In this document: piece by piece, positions 37,631-55,465 of the stretch
Position numbering within the stretch: the stretch's first letter is position 1
Layout of the letters: every line of letters starts with the position of its first letter
Assembly (NCBI GenBank): GCA_965285935.1
Contig: OZ260661.1
Span: 96,410,001-96,474,000, forward strand
Origin: Ophelia neglecta
Lineage: Eukaryota
Length of the DNA stretch: 64,000 bases
Reading direction: 5' to 3'
Made by a program: the position numbers and the translations under genes
The notes under the pieces: generated by a model
Database searches by the model: none
What the model was told of the DNA's origin: nothing
What the model saw: only the letters and a program-made list of their open reading frames with translations

Positions 37631-38785
37631 ATGTCTGACGATGAACCAAATAATGGGGCTACCGGGGAGGATAGGGACTCCATTAATAAAGAAGAGTATG
37701 TACAACTGTTAGATCAATTTAAACTTCTTAAAGCAAATTATGATGACCTAGAAATGAAATATGAGAAAGCGTCTCAACCTAAACCCTATGAGTCTTCATA
37801 CCAAAGCTATTCCAAATTTGATCACAGTGAACATAAAACAGTTTACATGTTGAGGGAAAGAAAATTAAATAAGTTGTCAGGCAAACCATTAAAACCTGGA
37901 GATCCAGATGTCATCGATTGGATACAGGATATGAGAAACTATTTGGAAAGTCAGGAATTGTCAGCAAGGGAGAAAATCACCTATTTACTTGATCACTTGG
38001 GTGGCGATGCCAAAAGAGAAATCAAATATAGACTGCAGGACATCAGATCATACCAACAGATTTTGGACATAATTAGCGAAGTCTTTGGTGACTGCCAATC
38101 GCTATCAGCTTTGCAACAACAGTTTTATACCCTGGTGCAACAAAAAGAAGAAACATTGCATTCGTTTGCTATAAAGCTCATGGCACTCATGACTAAAATA
38201 TGTACGCACACTGATATGTCACCAAGTGAAAAGGATCAAATCTTGAAAGAGAGATTCACCGAAGGACTACGCGATGAACACCTACGACGTGAACTTCGTA
38301 GACTCCAAGATGAGAATAAACGTCTGTCATTTTTTGAATTCAGAGATAGAGTTATAAAGTGGAGTTTAGATGGTCAAGGTAAAAATACTGCTAAAGTACA
38401 GTCAGTAATTACAGACCACACACTGACCCATATACTGCAGGAACAACAGAAGCAACTAGCAAAACAGACTTCACTGATGGAAAAACTTTTGAATAAGTTG
38501 GAGAGTAATCCCAGAAAACAACGGGCTTACCCGGAGCAACACCAAGACCCAAAGTCAGGTCGTAATCAAGACACTCGCACAAGACCTAAAGTCTATACCA
38601 ACAGTGGCAAAGAGAAAACCACATCACTAAAATGTTACAATTGTGGAGGCCTTGGGCATAGAAGTCCTGATTGTCCATCAGAAAAAGGAATTATGAAAAA
38701 CTATACTTATCTCGACAAGGAAAAGGGCGGAAAATACGATTCTAAATCTGCCACCCCTGATGTTACTGCAAAATCATCAAACTAA
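37631..38785 (+). CDS. gag: Gypsy Gag (PNMA-like capsid with CCHC zinc knuckle), 384 aa
   Basis: LDHLGGDAKREI and LKERFTEGLRDEHLRRELR capsid motifs; knuckle CYNCGGLGHRSPDC. Confidence 0.95.
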   Translation: MSDDEPNNGATGEDRDSINKEEYVQLLDQFKLLKANYDDLEMKYEKASQPKPYESSYQSYSKFDHSEHKTVYMLRERKLNKLSGKPLKPGDPDVIDWIQDMRNYLESQELSAREKITYLLDHLGGDAKREIKYRLQDIRSYQQILDIISEVFGDCQSLSALQQQFYTLVQQKEETLHSFAIKLMALMTKICTHTDMSPSEKDQILKERFTEGLRDEHLRRELRRLQDENKRLSFFEFRDRVIKWSLDGQGKNTAKVQSVITDHTLTHILQEQQKQLAKQTSLMEKLLNKLESNPRKQRAYPEQHQDPKSGRNQDTRTRPKVYTNSGKEKTTSLKCYNCGGLGHRSPDCPSEKGIMKNYTYLDKEKGGKYDSKSATPDVTAKSSN

Positions 38786-41700
38786 CTCCCCCCTTTGACG
38801 AGAGTCTGTCACAGGGAGGGAATATAAATGGCTCTCATGGTTTAAGTGATTTGTTGTCGAGGGCAGTAGGGTCATGTCCCACCCAAGAATTTTCAGTAGC
38901 AGGCACACCAACAACTTGTCTTTTAGACACTGGTGCCCAAATTTCTTTGATAAAAGATTGGTACTTCAAAGAACATTTTGCTGATCAAAGTGACAATATT
39001 GAATCTAACGTCACAAACTTTAAAATTACAGCTGCTAACGGTCTAGCTATCCCATATATTGGCCTGATTGCCTTAGATATTTCAGTTTGTAACCAAAACT
39101 TGGGTGAACAAGTTTTCTTTATTGAAAATGATGAAACTGGTGATTATTCTGACATACCTGTAAAAATTGGATGTAACATTTTGAAAAATGCCTCAAAATT
39201 ACCATTTGCGGCCAAGTCAAATTTTACACCATCATTTAACAAGCTGGTGTCCCTTTTTGATGAGAACACTGTGAACCACAATTCTTGTTTCGTGAGAACT
39301 GGTTCTGACCCTCTGTTACTACCTGCATGTAGTATCTCAACAGTTCGAGGTCGAACTAGAAATTTTCCAGGTGGGAGAGAATGTCACGGTTTGGTACAAC
39401 CAATAATTAGCTCATTGCCGAAAAACGTGGCAGTATTTGATACATATTGCACGAACAAAAATGGTTTCGTATCCATTCGAGTCGCTAATGTTGGGCTGGA
39501 AGATACTTGGATCCCAGCAAAGTCGCGCATAGGTACATTCCATCTAGATGTTGGGATTGTGAATAATGATGTAGACAAAGTTAACATTGAAGTGTGTAAT
39601 GATGAAATATGTGTTAGAGTCAACAGGATTAAATGTGATTCGCGCAATTCTGATACACTCCTACCAGATACTGGCGAAAGCCCGGAGTGGTTAACTGAAG
39701 CCATAGTACCAGATAGTTTGTCAACCAATGAAAGGGGAAGGGTGTTTGATATCTTGGCGAAGAATAAAGATCTTTTTCAAATGGACACTGATAATCTCAC
39801 TTTAACACCTTCAATTACACACAAAATTAATCTAGTAGATGATATTCCGGTCAAAATTCCCCATAGACATATCCCCCCTCATCTTATGTCTGAAGTAAAA
39901 GAGCACATTGAGAAACTCTTAAAACAGGACATTATCAGACCCAGTACTAGTCCATATGCTGCACCTGTAGTCTTGGTCAGAAAGAAAGATTCTTCATTAA
40001 GACTGTGTGTAGATTATAGAAAACTTAATGAAAAGACTGTAAAGGACGCCTATCCCTTACCTCGAATCGAGGAAGTCTTTAATAGCTTAAAAGGGACAAA
40101 GTATTATTCCTCATTAGACTTATCGCAAGGTTACCATCAAGTACCTGTCGAGGAGTCAGATATTCACAAGACTGCTTTCAGAGTTGGTATCGGCGGTCTA
40201 TACGAGTACTTAAGGATGCCTTTTGGTTTATGTAATAGTCCTGGAACATTCCAGCGTCTGATGGAACTTTGTTTCAATCAAGAAAATTATGAAATTCTGA
40301 TATTGTTCTTAGATGACATCCTTGTGTACTCTGCAAATTTTGATGACCACCTACAGCGCTTACAGCTTGTCTTTGACATTCTCAGAAAACATAAATTGAA
40401 ACTCAAACTAGGTAAATGTCGGTTTTTTCAGAAAGAGGCTAAATTTTTGGGACATCTAGTTTCTGAGGCCGGTATTTCCACTGATCCAGAAAAGGTTCAG
40501 GCAGTAAAAGAGTGGAAAATTCCAACAAGTGAACAAGAACTACGTTCATTTCTAGGCTTGGCGGGTTACTACCGCAAGTTTATAAAGGGTTTCGCCCAAG
40601 TAGCGTCTCCACTACACGCACTTATTGGTAAAGCCACAACAAAAGGCAAAGGAAAGAAAGTAGACAAAGAGTTAGAAAAGAAACCATTTGTATGGACGGA
40701 TGAATGCACCAAAGCTTTTACGGAGTTGAAAGAAAGGTTGACTTCTGCGCCTATTTTAGGCTACCCTGATTTCACAAAGGAATTCATCCTTGAGACAGAT
40801 GCAAGCTTAGGCGGCCTTGGGGCAGTATTAAGCCAAGAACAGAAAGGAGGCAAAGTTGTAATAGCATACGCTGCACGAACGCTAAAACCATCAGAAAGAA
40901 ACACGAAAAATTACAGCTCGATGAAGCTAGAATTTATGGCTTTGAGATGGGCAATCACCGACAAATTCAGAGACTACTTAATAGGCTGTCCCCATTTCAC
41001 CGTGTACACGGACAACAACCCTCTCTCCTACTTGAAAACGGCAAAACTTGGGGCTACCGAAACACGTTGGGCTGCTCAACTTGCTCCTTTCAATTTCACT
41101 GTTCATTACAGGTCAGGAAAAAGTAATTCCAACGCAGATTCCCTGAGTAGAATGCAGGCAAATGATGTACTGACCGATGTAACCGACAGCAGTCATCTCC
41201 CCCTTCTACCTGAAAACATAAGAACAGTTAAAGTAGAAAGTTTGACTACTTTTTGGTCTTCAGAAATCTCCAAAGACCAACTTAAAGACCTACAAGGGCA
41301 AGACCCTAATATTTCCAGATTTATGGACCTCAAGAACTCCTCCCATAAACCTACTCGTAGACTTCTTGGAAAAGAACCCCGAGAAGTTAGAAAAATGTGT
41401 GCAAAATGGGAACAATTTAGAACCAAAGATGCCATACTCTTTAGGGTCATCAACTCAAGGCTAACGGATAAATGGCAGATTGTGACCCCTTTGTCTCTCA
41501 GAGAACGGATGTTACAGTTAGTGCATGATGAATGCGGTCATCAAGGCACTGAACGAACTTATTCCTTGTTAAAGGATAGGTGTTATTGGCCAAACATGCT
41601 TTCAGACGTAGAAAAGTGGTGTGTCAAGTGTGAACGCTGTATGATTGCCAAAGGCAACCCTGTCACCCCAAATATCAAAAGTTTGATTGCTAGTCGTCCC

Positions 41701-43038
41701 TTGGACATCTTAGCCATTGATTTCACGGTTCTTGAGAAGTCGAGCAGTGGCAAGGAGAATGTACTGGTCATGACAGACATTTGCTCGAAATTTACCAAAT
41801 GTGTCCCAACTAGAGATCAAAAAGCTTTAACAGTAGCTAAAGTCCTAGTTACAGAATGGTTCCAATATTTCGGAGTTGCAAAACGACTACACTCTGACCA
41901 AGGCAGAAATTTTGAAAGCTCTGTGATAGCCGAGTTGTGCAAACTCTACAAAATCAAGAAAACCAGGACAACTCCATACCATCCCCAAGGAAACGGACAA
42001 ACCGAGAGGTATAACCGAACTATGCACAACCTACTAAAAACTCTTCCTCCAGAAAAGAAGAGTAAGTGGCCAGATTATTTACCAGAACTGAACTTTGCCT
42101 ATAACTGTACTCCTCATAAGTCTACAGGTGTGTCGCCCTACTTTCTGATGTATGGCAGAGAGCCCAGACTGCCCATAGACTTGGCACTGGCAGACCTGCA
42201 AGAGACCGACCGCGACAGTGAGTATCTGGTTGACGATTGGATCACTGAGCATCACCAGAAATTAGAATTCGCTTTGCGACATGCATCAGAGAGCACACAC
42301 AAGAAGGCCAAGGAGCGACAAAAATTGTACAATAACAAACGAAGGGTAGGCGAATTTCCACTCAGCATAGGTGCTAGAGTGTTCACAAGGAAACATGTCC
42401 TAGGCAGAAACAAAATACAGGATACGTGGAATCCAGAACCATATATAGTACTTGATAGACTAGATAACAATGTCTACACCGTTCAACAAGCAGACCGAGA
42501 GGGCTGTACAAAAAACGTGTGTAGATCAGAATTACTAGATTCAAAGCAATTATACCTTGAGATACCAGAGCCCAGTGAAAAGCCCGTTGAAAGTGATATA
42601 CAGGCAACCAATGATATTAGCTCTTCTGACGATTCGTCTGAAGATCGTGAAATAATTGATTTTGAATTATCGGTTGAACCTATTAGTGAAAATAAAGCAG
42701 GGAAGAAAATCATCCCTGTAACACCTTTAACCCCTGAACATACCGAACAGAAACAAAACGTTAAGGCTGCAGAGCTCAACTCTACCCCAATTAAAAAGGT
42801 TGCTGACATTGTAGAAACAGTAGATAATAGCGAAACAACAAACCTAGGCAACACTGAGAATGTTGAAGTAAGGCCTCAGGGTTTAAATAATATTAGAAAG
42901 TCAACTAGGGCAAATTTTGGATATCATTCAAATCCCCATAATTTACCCAAATCTGTATTGACAAACTGTGTTACCGGTACAACTAGATTTCTCTACATAC
43001 CTGGCCAAAAAGGCTATGTGGTGGAAACCCTAGTATGA
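38761..43038 (+). CDS. pol: Gypsy Pol (protease, RT, RNase H, integrase) in the -1 frame relative to gag
   Basis: LLDTGA protease, LCVDYRKLN and FLDD RT, ETDAS RNase H, H-x4-H...C-x2-C plus IDF / HSDQG / TER integrase. The frame is open from 38761, overlapping the gag end by 25 nt. Confidence 0.96.
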   Translation, partial: CYCKIIKLTPPFDESLSQGGNINGSHGLSDLLSRAVGSCPTQEFSVAGTPTTCLLDTGAQISLIKDWYFKEHFADQSDNIESNVTNFKITAANGLAIPYIGLIALDISVCNQNLGEQVFFIENDETGDYSDIPVKIGCNILKNASKLPFAAKSNFTPSFNKLVSLFDENTVNHNSCFVRTGSDPLLLPACSISTVRGRTRNFPGGRECHGLVQPIISSLPKNVAVFDTYCTNKNGFVSIRVANVGLEDTWIPAKSRIGTFHLDVGIVNNDVDKVNIEVCNDEICVRVNRIKCDSRNSDTLLPDTGESPEWLTEAIVPDSLSTNERGRVFDILAKNKDLFQMDTDNLTLTPSITHKINLVDDIPVKIPHRHIPPHLMSEVKEHIEKLLKQDIIRPSTSPYAAPVVLVRKKDSSLRLCVDYRKLNEKTVKDAYPLPRIEEVFNSLKGTKYYSSLDLSQGYHQVPVEESDIHKTAFRVGIGGLYEYLRMPFGLCNSPGTFQRLMELCFNQENYEILILFLDDILVYSANFDDHLQRLQLVFDILRKHKLKLKLGKCRFFQKEAKFLGHLVSEAGISTDPEKVQAVKEWKIPTSEQELRSFLGLAGYYRKFIKGFAQVASPLHALIGKATTKGKGKKVDKELEKKPFVWTDECTKAFTELKERLTSAPILGYPDFTKEFILETDASLGGLGAVLSQEQKGGKVVIAYAARTLKPSERNTKNYSSMKLEFMALRWAITDKFRDYLIGCPHFTVYTDNNPLSYLKTAKLGATETRWAAQLAPFNFTVHYRSGKSNSNADSLSRMQANDVLTDVTDSSHLPLLPENIRTVKVESLTTFWSSEISKDQLKDLQGQDPNISRFMDLKNSSHKPTRRLLGKEPREVRKMCAKWEQFRTKDAILFRVINSRLTDKWQIVTPLSLRERMLQLVHDECGHQGTERTYSLLKDRCYWPNMLSDVEKWCVKCERCMIAKGNPVTPNIKSLIASRPLDILAIDFTVLEKSSSGKENVLVMTDICSKFTKCVPTRDQKALTVAKVLVTEWFQYFGVAKRLHSDQGRNFESSVIAELCKLYKIKKTRTTPYHPQGNGQTERYNRTMHNLLKTLPPEKKSKWPDYLPELNFAYNCTPHKSTGVSPYFLMYGREPRLPIDLALADLQETDRDSEYLVDDWITEHHQKLEFALRHASESTHKKAKERQKLYNNKRRVGEFPLSIGARVFTRKHVLGRNKIQDTWNPEPYIVLDRLDNNVYTVQQADREGCTKNVCRSELLDSKQLYLEIPEPSEKPVESDIQATNDISSSDDSSEDREIIDFELSVEPISENKAGKKIIPVTPLTPEHTEQKQNVKAAELNSTPIKKVADIVETVDNSETTNLGNTENVEVRPQGLNNIRKSTRANFGYHSNPHNLPKSVLTNCVTGTTRFLYIPGQKGYVVETLV

Positions 43039-43352
43039 GTTATGAAGTTAACAATCTGCGCAGACGATTAGGGGTATTAGTAAAACTTGTGTTGTTACAC
43101 CACTCCAAAGGAAGTGTATACAGACAAGAATGTATTATTAAACTGGTATTACGTTGAATGAAATTATGCTAGCATTGTAAATATTTTTATACATGTATTT
43201 TTCTATATAAATATATAAAAATAACAAAACAAAAAGAAAAACCTACAGGGATTTGTTTTACAGAGATGATTACTTAATATGTTCTATCCATTTTAAAACC
43301 TCTAAATCATAATATACGGTTGTTGTGGACATCAACGCTTAGCAGGGAAGTT

Positions 43353-44237
43353 TGTAGGCAGACATTAATTACTGTAAAATGATACTACTATATACTGTGT
43401 GCATAACCCCTAGTTTCATTAACTACTGTCACCAGCGTTATTCCCGCTGCCAATTGTGATTTCGGTATAGGCTGTTAATTAATTTGTGTGGCCATGCAAT
43501 ACGATGATTGGCCAACCCTTAAGTACCGAAGCAAACTTGCATATGGTCCCGTCCAGCGTTCAGTCACTTGCCGGACTGAGACCGTCACGTTAACTTCTAA
43601 CGCTGCCGTTCCCTACGGAAGCTCACGTGTAAGTTACCATCGTATTTCATTTTATTAAATACTATGTCTTATCCATTTATATAAGGTGTATCTTAAAATA
43701 CTTATTAACAGAAGTGCGATTGTATAATACGACACTGTGCCATTTCAATAATGTTAATTAAACAGTTGACCGTTACCTAAAACAAATATATTGTATTTTA
43801 TTGTAGCGCAAGCTAAACCTACAGTCAGCTTTACTCTTTCGCAATTGTATCTTTACGAGTACCAGTTCTTTACTGGGTAAGTTGTGTCTAAGATAGAGAG
43901 AATCCGATAGTATAAACGTAATTCTGACAGACTATTAAACTAGCTAAAACTTTAATGTAAATCATTGAAATGGAAAATTCTGTATTATTTAGTTTTCATT
44001 ACGAAGGACGAACCATGATTGTAAAATGCAGGGATATGACTTGTATGTATAAATGCGTATTACCATGTGATATTTTAATCTATTTCCTTTATTGTTACAG
44101 CGACCAATTGTTATAAATCTTTACACCTATATAAACTGTACCAATAAACCACCTACTACATATCAAATCGCTGTCCCTTTTATGCGTGATTCCTCGGGAT
44201 CACGGAAGTAAAGATAACCATAATTCTTTATACCACA
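43353..44237 (+). repeat. 3' LTR (885 bp)
   Basis: Same length as the 5' LTR; no differences seen in the stretches compared by eye. Confidence 0.97.
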
Positions 44238-45099
44238 TTTATATAATACAATAATTCTTGTAATATTGTCACTTCTACTTGTAACGTTAGTTGGGTTAGC
44301 ACCCCAATGAAATATCGAATACTTGAACACTAACTGCCATATAACCATGGCCACCACATCAGCTTTCAATTCCTGTGTTAGATCTGACCTGACCCCTGAC
44401 AACTATTTTTTTGCATAATATAGATCATGTGCCTGATTGGCTAATAATTGACCTGATCCATCCTATTATAAGGAATGGAAAAATCTTGACATTTTAAAAG
44501 GTGCTCTATAGTTCCCAATAAGTTTTGCGGCATGATCAACTGGTAATACAAAAAGAACATTGCATAAAGAAAAGATATATTATTTAGGGTTTTCAATTAT
44601 TTTGAAGAAAATCTCACATAAAAGGGAAACATTGCTATAAATTCCATCATATATAAATTTCGTATATATTATAAATGCTAATTTTGGCTGGGGGAGGCTC
44701 AGGGTGTGTATATGTGATAATTTACATTAAAAGTTTAAGGGATTTGTTTCCAAAAATATGACCATAGGGATTAAATAGCCTTAATATATTCCTGGGTCAT
44801 TGTAAATATTCCAAAGCAGCTTTTTTGGTCAATTTTTTTTTCATGATTTATATCTCTTTCTCCAGCATGGATGCCAGCCAAGTCTTTCTAGTTTCAGATA
44901 GCTCCTTGAGTGGCTTGTGGACAGTGTGGATTTCACAGATGAACACATGGGGACCAATGCCATTTATAAAGATATCTCTTTTTTTGGATTTGTTTCTACA
45001 TCAGACCCTTCTACAGAAACTGTCTAAGTTGGGTACATGTCGGAGAGATGTGCCAGATTTTTTTTTTCCTTTCTTGGAGGCCACAGCTTGGGAGCTAGA

Positions 45100-45330
45100 G
45101 TGCTCCTGAGAGGGGTATCAGTGAGTCATTTTGGAGCAATGCCATAATTGGAGTACCTTCATGTTCCATAAAGAGACAGACCAATCCCGTTTCTGCTATA
45201 TGTGAATGATTTGCATGATGTTGTTTCATCTCCCTGTAAACTGTTCAATGATGACTCTTATGTGTACTGTTAAGTCTGTGTCAAGGTTTTAAATCAATTG
45301 TTAGACCTACCCAAGCTCCAAAACTATGCA
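45100..45330 (+). pseudogene. highly degenerate CR1-like LINE RT fragment
   Basis: PIPFLLYVNDLHDVVSSPCKLFNDD resembles RT motif GPxLFLLYVNDL...LFADD. Confidence 0.6.
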
Positions 45331-46681
45331 TTTGCCTAAAAGATATTAGCCAAAATGATCCATCTGTTAGCAGAATTTGGAACTTCAGGGTCAACCATCT
45401 ATGACAATACAAAACAAAAACTTCATTTGGCTTTCATTTGAAATGATTCCATCAAAAGGTAATAAGTATGGCACGATAACATTAAATTTCAGCAATAAAG
45501 CTGCCCCTTGTGTCAAAATTTGGAAGCTTAAGGGCATTCATGGATTACAAAATTAATCTTGAAATCACATGCCTCAATTTAGAATTAGTTTGCATTAATA
45601 CCTCCAACAAGGCAAAAGCATAATAAATACTAAAAGCTCCCTCCGGTAGCCAAATATTGAACTTCAAGAACCATCATGCATAACAATACAAATCTCCAGG
45701 ATCAAACACTTTACTTGGCTTTGGTTGGACATGAATCCATCAAACTGTTTAAAAGGTACGAGTAAAAACATCAAATAAAATAAATAAATGTTCCCCCAGG
45801 TGTCAAAATGTGGAACCTCGGGGTTAGGAAAATTGAATCAGTTCTCCCCCTATTGGTAGTCAGTATGAGGCAAAAATGAAAATTCAACATAGCACTTATT
45901 GCGCGAACACGAAGCATCTACTGCGGTGGCGTTGGATGATGCAGTTGGGGCAAAACATAATATCACCAATATTCCATACGGGGAAATAATGAGCCATTCT
46001 GTTACAATCACAAGTTTGCTTTATTCAACAAATAGACATAACATCTTAAGTGGATCCTACCATTGTAATGTGGAAGCCCACAGTCATAGACAACAATATA
46101 CATATGCAGATAGACACCGAAAGACTTAGAAAGGAACATGCATGTGAAACAGAGCTGTTAAGAGCTCGTCCATAGTTTGAAGAATCTAAATTATTCAGTA
46201 TCTGAATAGGAATTATAACTTTTAAATATTATACCAAATATAATATGTACAGATAGCAAGAACACTTGATTGTTGATTTAAGGAGGGAGGATAACACATA
46301 TTTATGGGAAGGAACAATTTAAATGCCCACACGTCCATATAACTGGTTCCTATTGTAAAATTGGTTATATTTTTTAGTGATTCAAGGTTTCCTCTACATC
46401 TACTGCAATACCATAAATCTGCTCTAATTTTACGGTTTTATCTCAAGGATTATGACTGAGTACATGGCATGTCATAAATGCCTCTTGTGTGTAAGTCACA
46501 GGGTACAACACAGTTGGAACCTTGACTAGTAACAAAGCATAAGTAAATCCAAAGATTCCATTTGGCCTTATTCTATCCCACCTCATCTCATAAATAATCA
46601 TACACACATACATGTACATATATACAAAGGTTGCAATATCTAGAATGCCAATTTCCTAAGCCGGTGAAGACCATCGGAGGA

Positions 46682-54006
<7,325 letters not shown>

Positions 54007-55054
54007 TTAATTAAAAAGGAAATACATTTATTTTCTAGATTGCATCAAAAGAAATTGACACTGTTAACTGACTGTTTAGTGAACTCCAATGTAGTAAATT
54101 GTCCAGAAAACCTACAGCACACGCATGCAATTATTATTATAATTATAAGAGTGTGGCTGGGAGCAAGCCAACGGATGCTTGAAGGAGCTTGAGAATTCAG
54201 CCTCCATATTGCAGACTGGCAGGTCATTCCACTCTCTGATGTCTGCTTTGAAACCTGATTTAAATGTATAATGTAGGACCTCACACTTAATAATCCAATT
54301 TTACGCCTTTTATACCAAGTGGTGTGTTCCTACCTGGTTGTTTTTAATTGTCTTCAAGGCCCAGACTAATAGGACAGTGGCCGAACTAGAGAGTTAATCA
54401 ACTGGCATTTAACTAAACTGTTTTCTTCAACTAAGATTATCAACGAATGAAGAGTCATTCAATTAGCGAGTCTATGAGGAGGGCAACTGCTGCCATCATG
54501 CTGAAGCAGCACCCCTCAAACAGCACCCAAACAAGTACCTGTGCTTCACTTGGTATCCTTCAATTAAAGTAAAAAACGTTGATTTGCTTAATAAAGCCTG
54601 TCCATGTTTATACAAATTTTAAGAGCCTTACTTACCTTATGATTTAAATATGTGAACAAAACAATGTTTAAAATAGGAATTGTAGACTGTGAGATGTTGC
54701 GACCCTGCCTAGAGTGACACTAATATATTAACCTTCCAAGTAGGAAAAACAACATACCTGGGTATAATTGGAAGTTCTGCCTTAGGTAAATAAGGCTTAA
54801 GAAAATTGACTGAAGACGAGGAGCAGTGTCTAATCGAATACACTTCAGCTGTTCAGTATCAGGGCGTTCATATACAATGTTGGCAACAAAATTATGGTAG
54901 GCCTAGAGTGTTCTGCAATTCTGGTGGTTTCTCATGAACTGTACTCTTCTCGTCTCCATTATACTAGTGAATACACATGCCTATTTTCTGGCTTCTTTAT
55001 TCATAATCTGACGAAACCCACTGAATAGAAGAAACGGTTAATTCATGAACTCAC

Positions 55055-55465
55055 CTTTCACGGCTGGAGAGCCACGTTAATATAAAATTATGCTAAATAT
55101 TGTGTCTAAATTAACAGCAGGGCCCGGTCAACGTAAACAGCGGAAGCGTTGACTATGCCACGTTTGCTTCCCACAATGCTTTGATTGACGTCACACTCAA
55201 GGAGTTCCCTACCGTCAGGACAATTAGGGATTCCCCGCTGTCACTTTACTGTTGACAATAGAGCGAGGGCGGCTAAATTACACTTGTCTTCCTTACGTAA
55301 TAGATGAATCCCTAACGAAGTAACTGGTAGTCACGCAGTAGTGATCAGGTGATCAACAGATCAAGGACACAAGCCTTTCCAGTAATGTCAGATTGATATG
55401 TCCGTGCCCCTCCTCTCGGTCCCTGGCAAGGTGGCTTAAGTCGACTTGAACTGAATAGTTAGACG
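55055..55465. promoter_or_regulatory. bidirectional promoter shared by SEC23 (-) and SELENOL (+)
   Basis: About 400 bp between the SEC23 exon-1 donor and the SelL ATG. TGCCACGT 55156-55163, TTCCCACAATGC (ZNF143/Staf-like) 55168-55179, TGACGTCA 55186-55193, GGGATTCCCC 55227-55236, TTACGTAA 55293-55300. Confidence 0.7.

Larger units (their letters stand above)
35249..44237 (+). mobile_element. full-length, very young Ty3/Gypsy LTR retrotransposon
   Basis: 885-bp TG...CA LTRs, 4-bp TSD TTTA (35245-35248 / 44238-44241), PBS, purine tract AGCAGGGAAG at 43341-43350, intact gag and pol in PR-RT-RH-IN order. Confidence 0.98.

Noticed and set aside
43039-43352. Possible env or chromodomain after integrase
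   Set aside because: Only ~310 nt of AT-rich sequence before the LTR, and the Pol tail is low-complexity with no chromodomain pattern.
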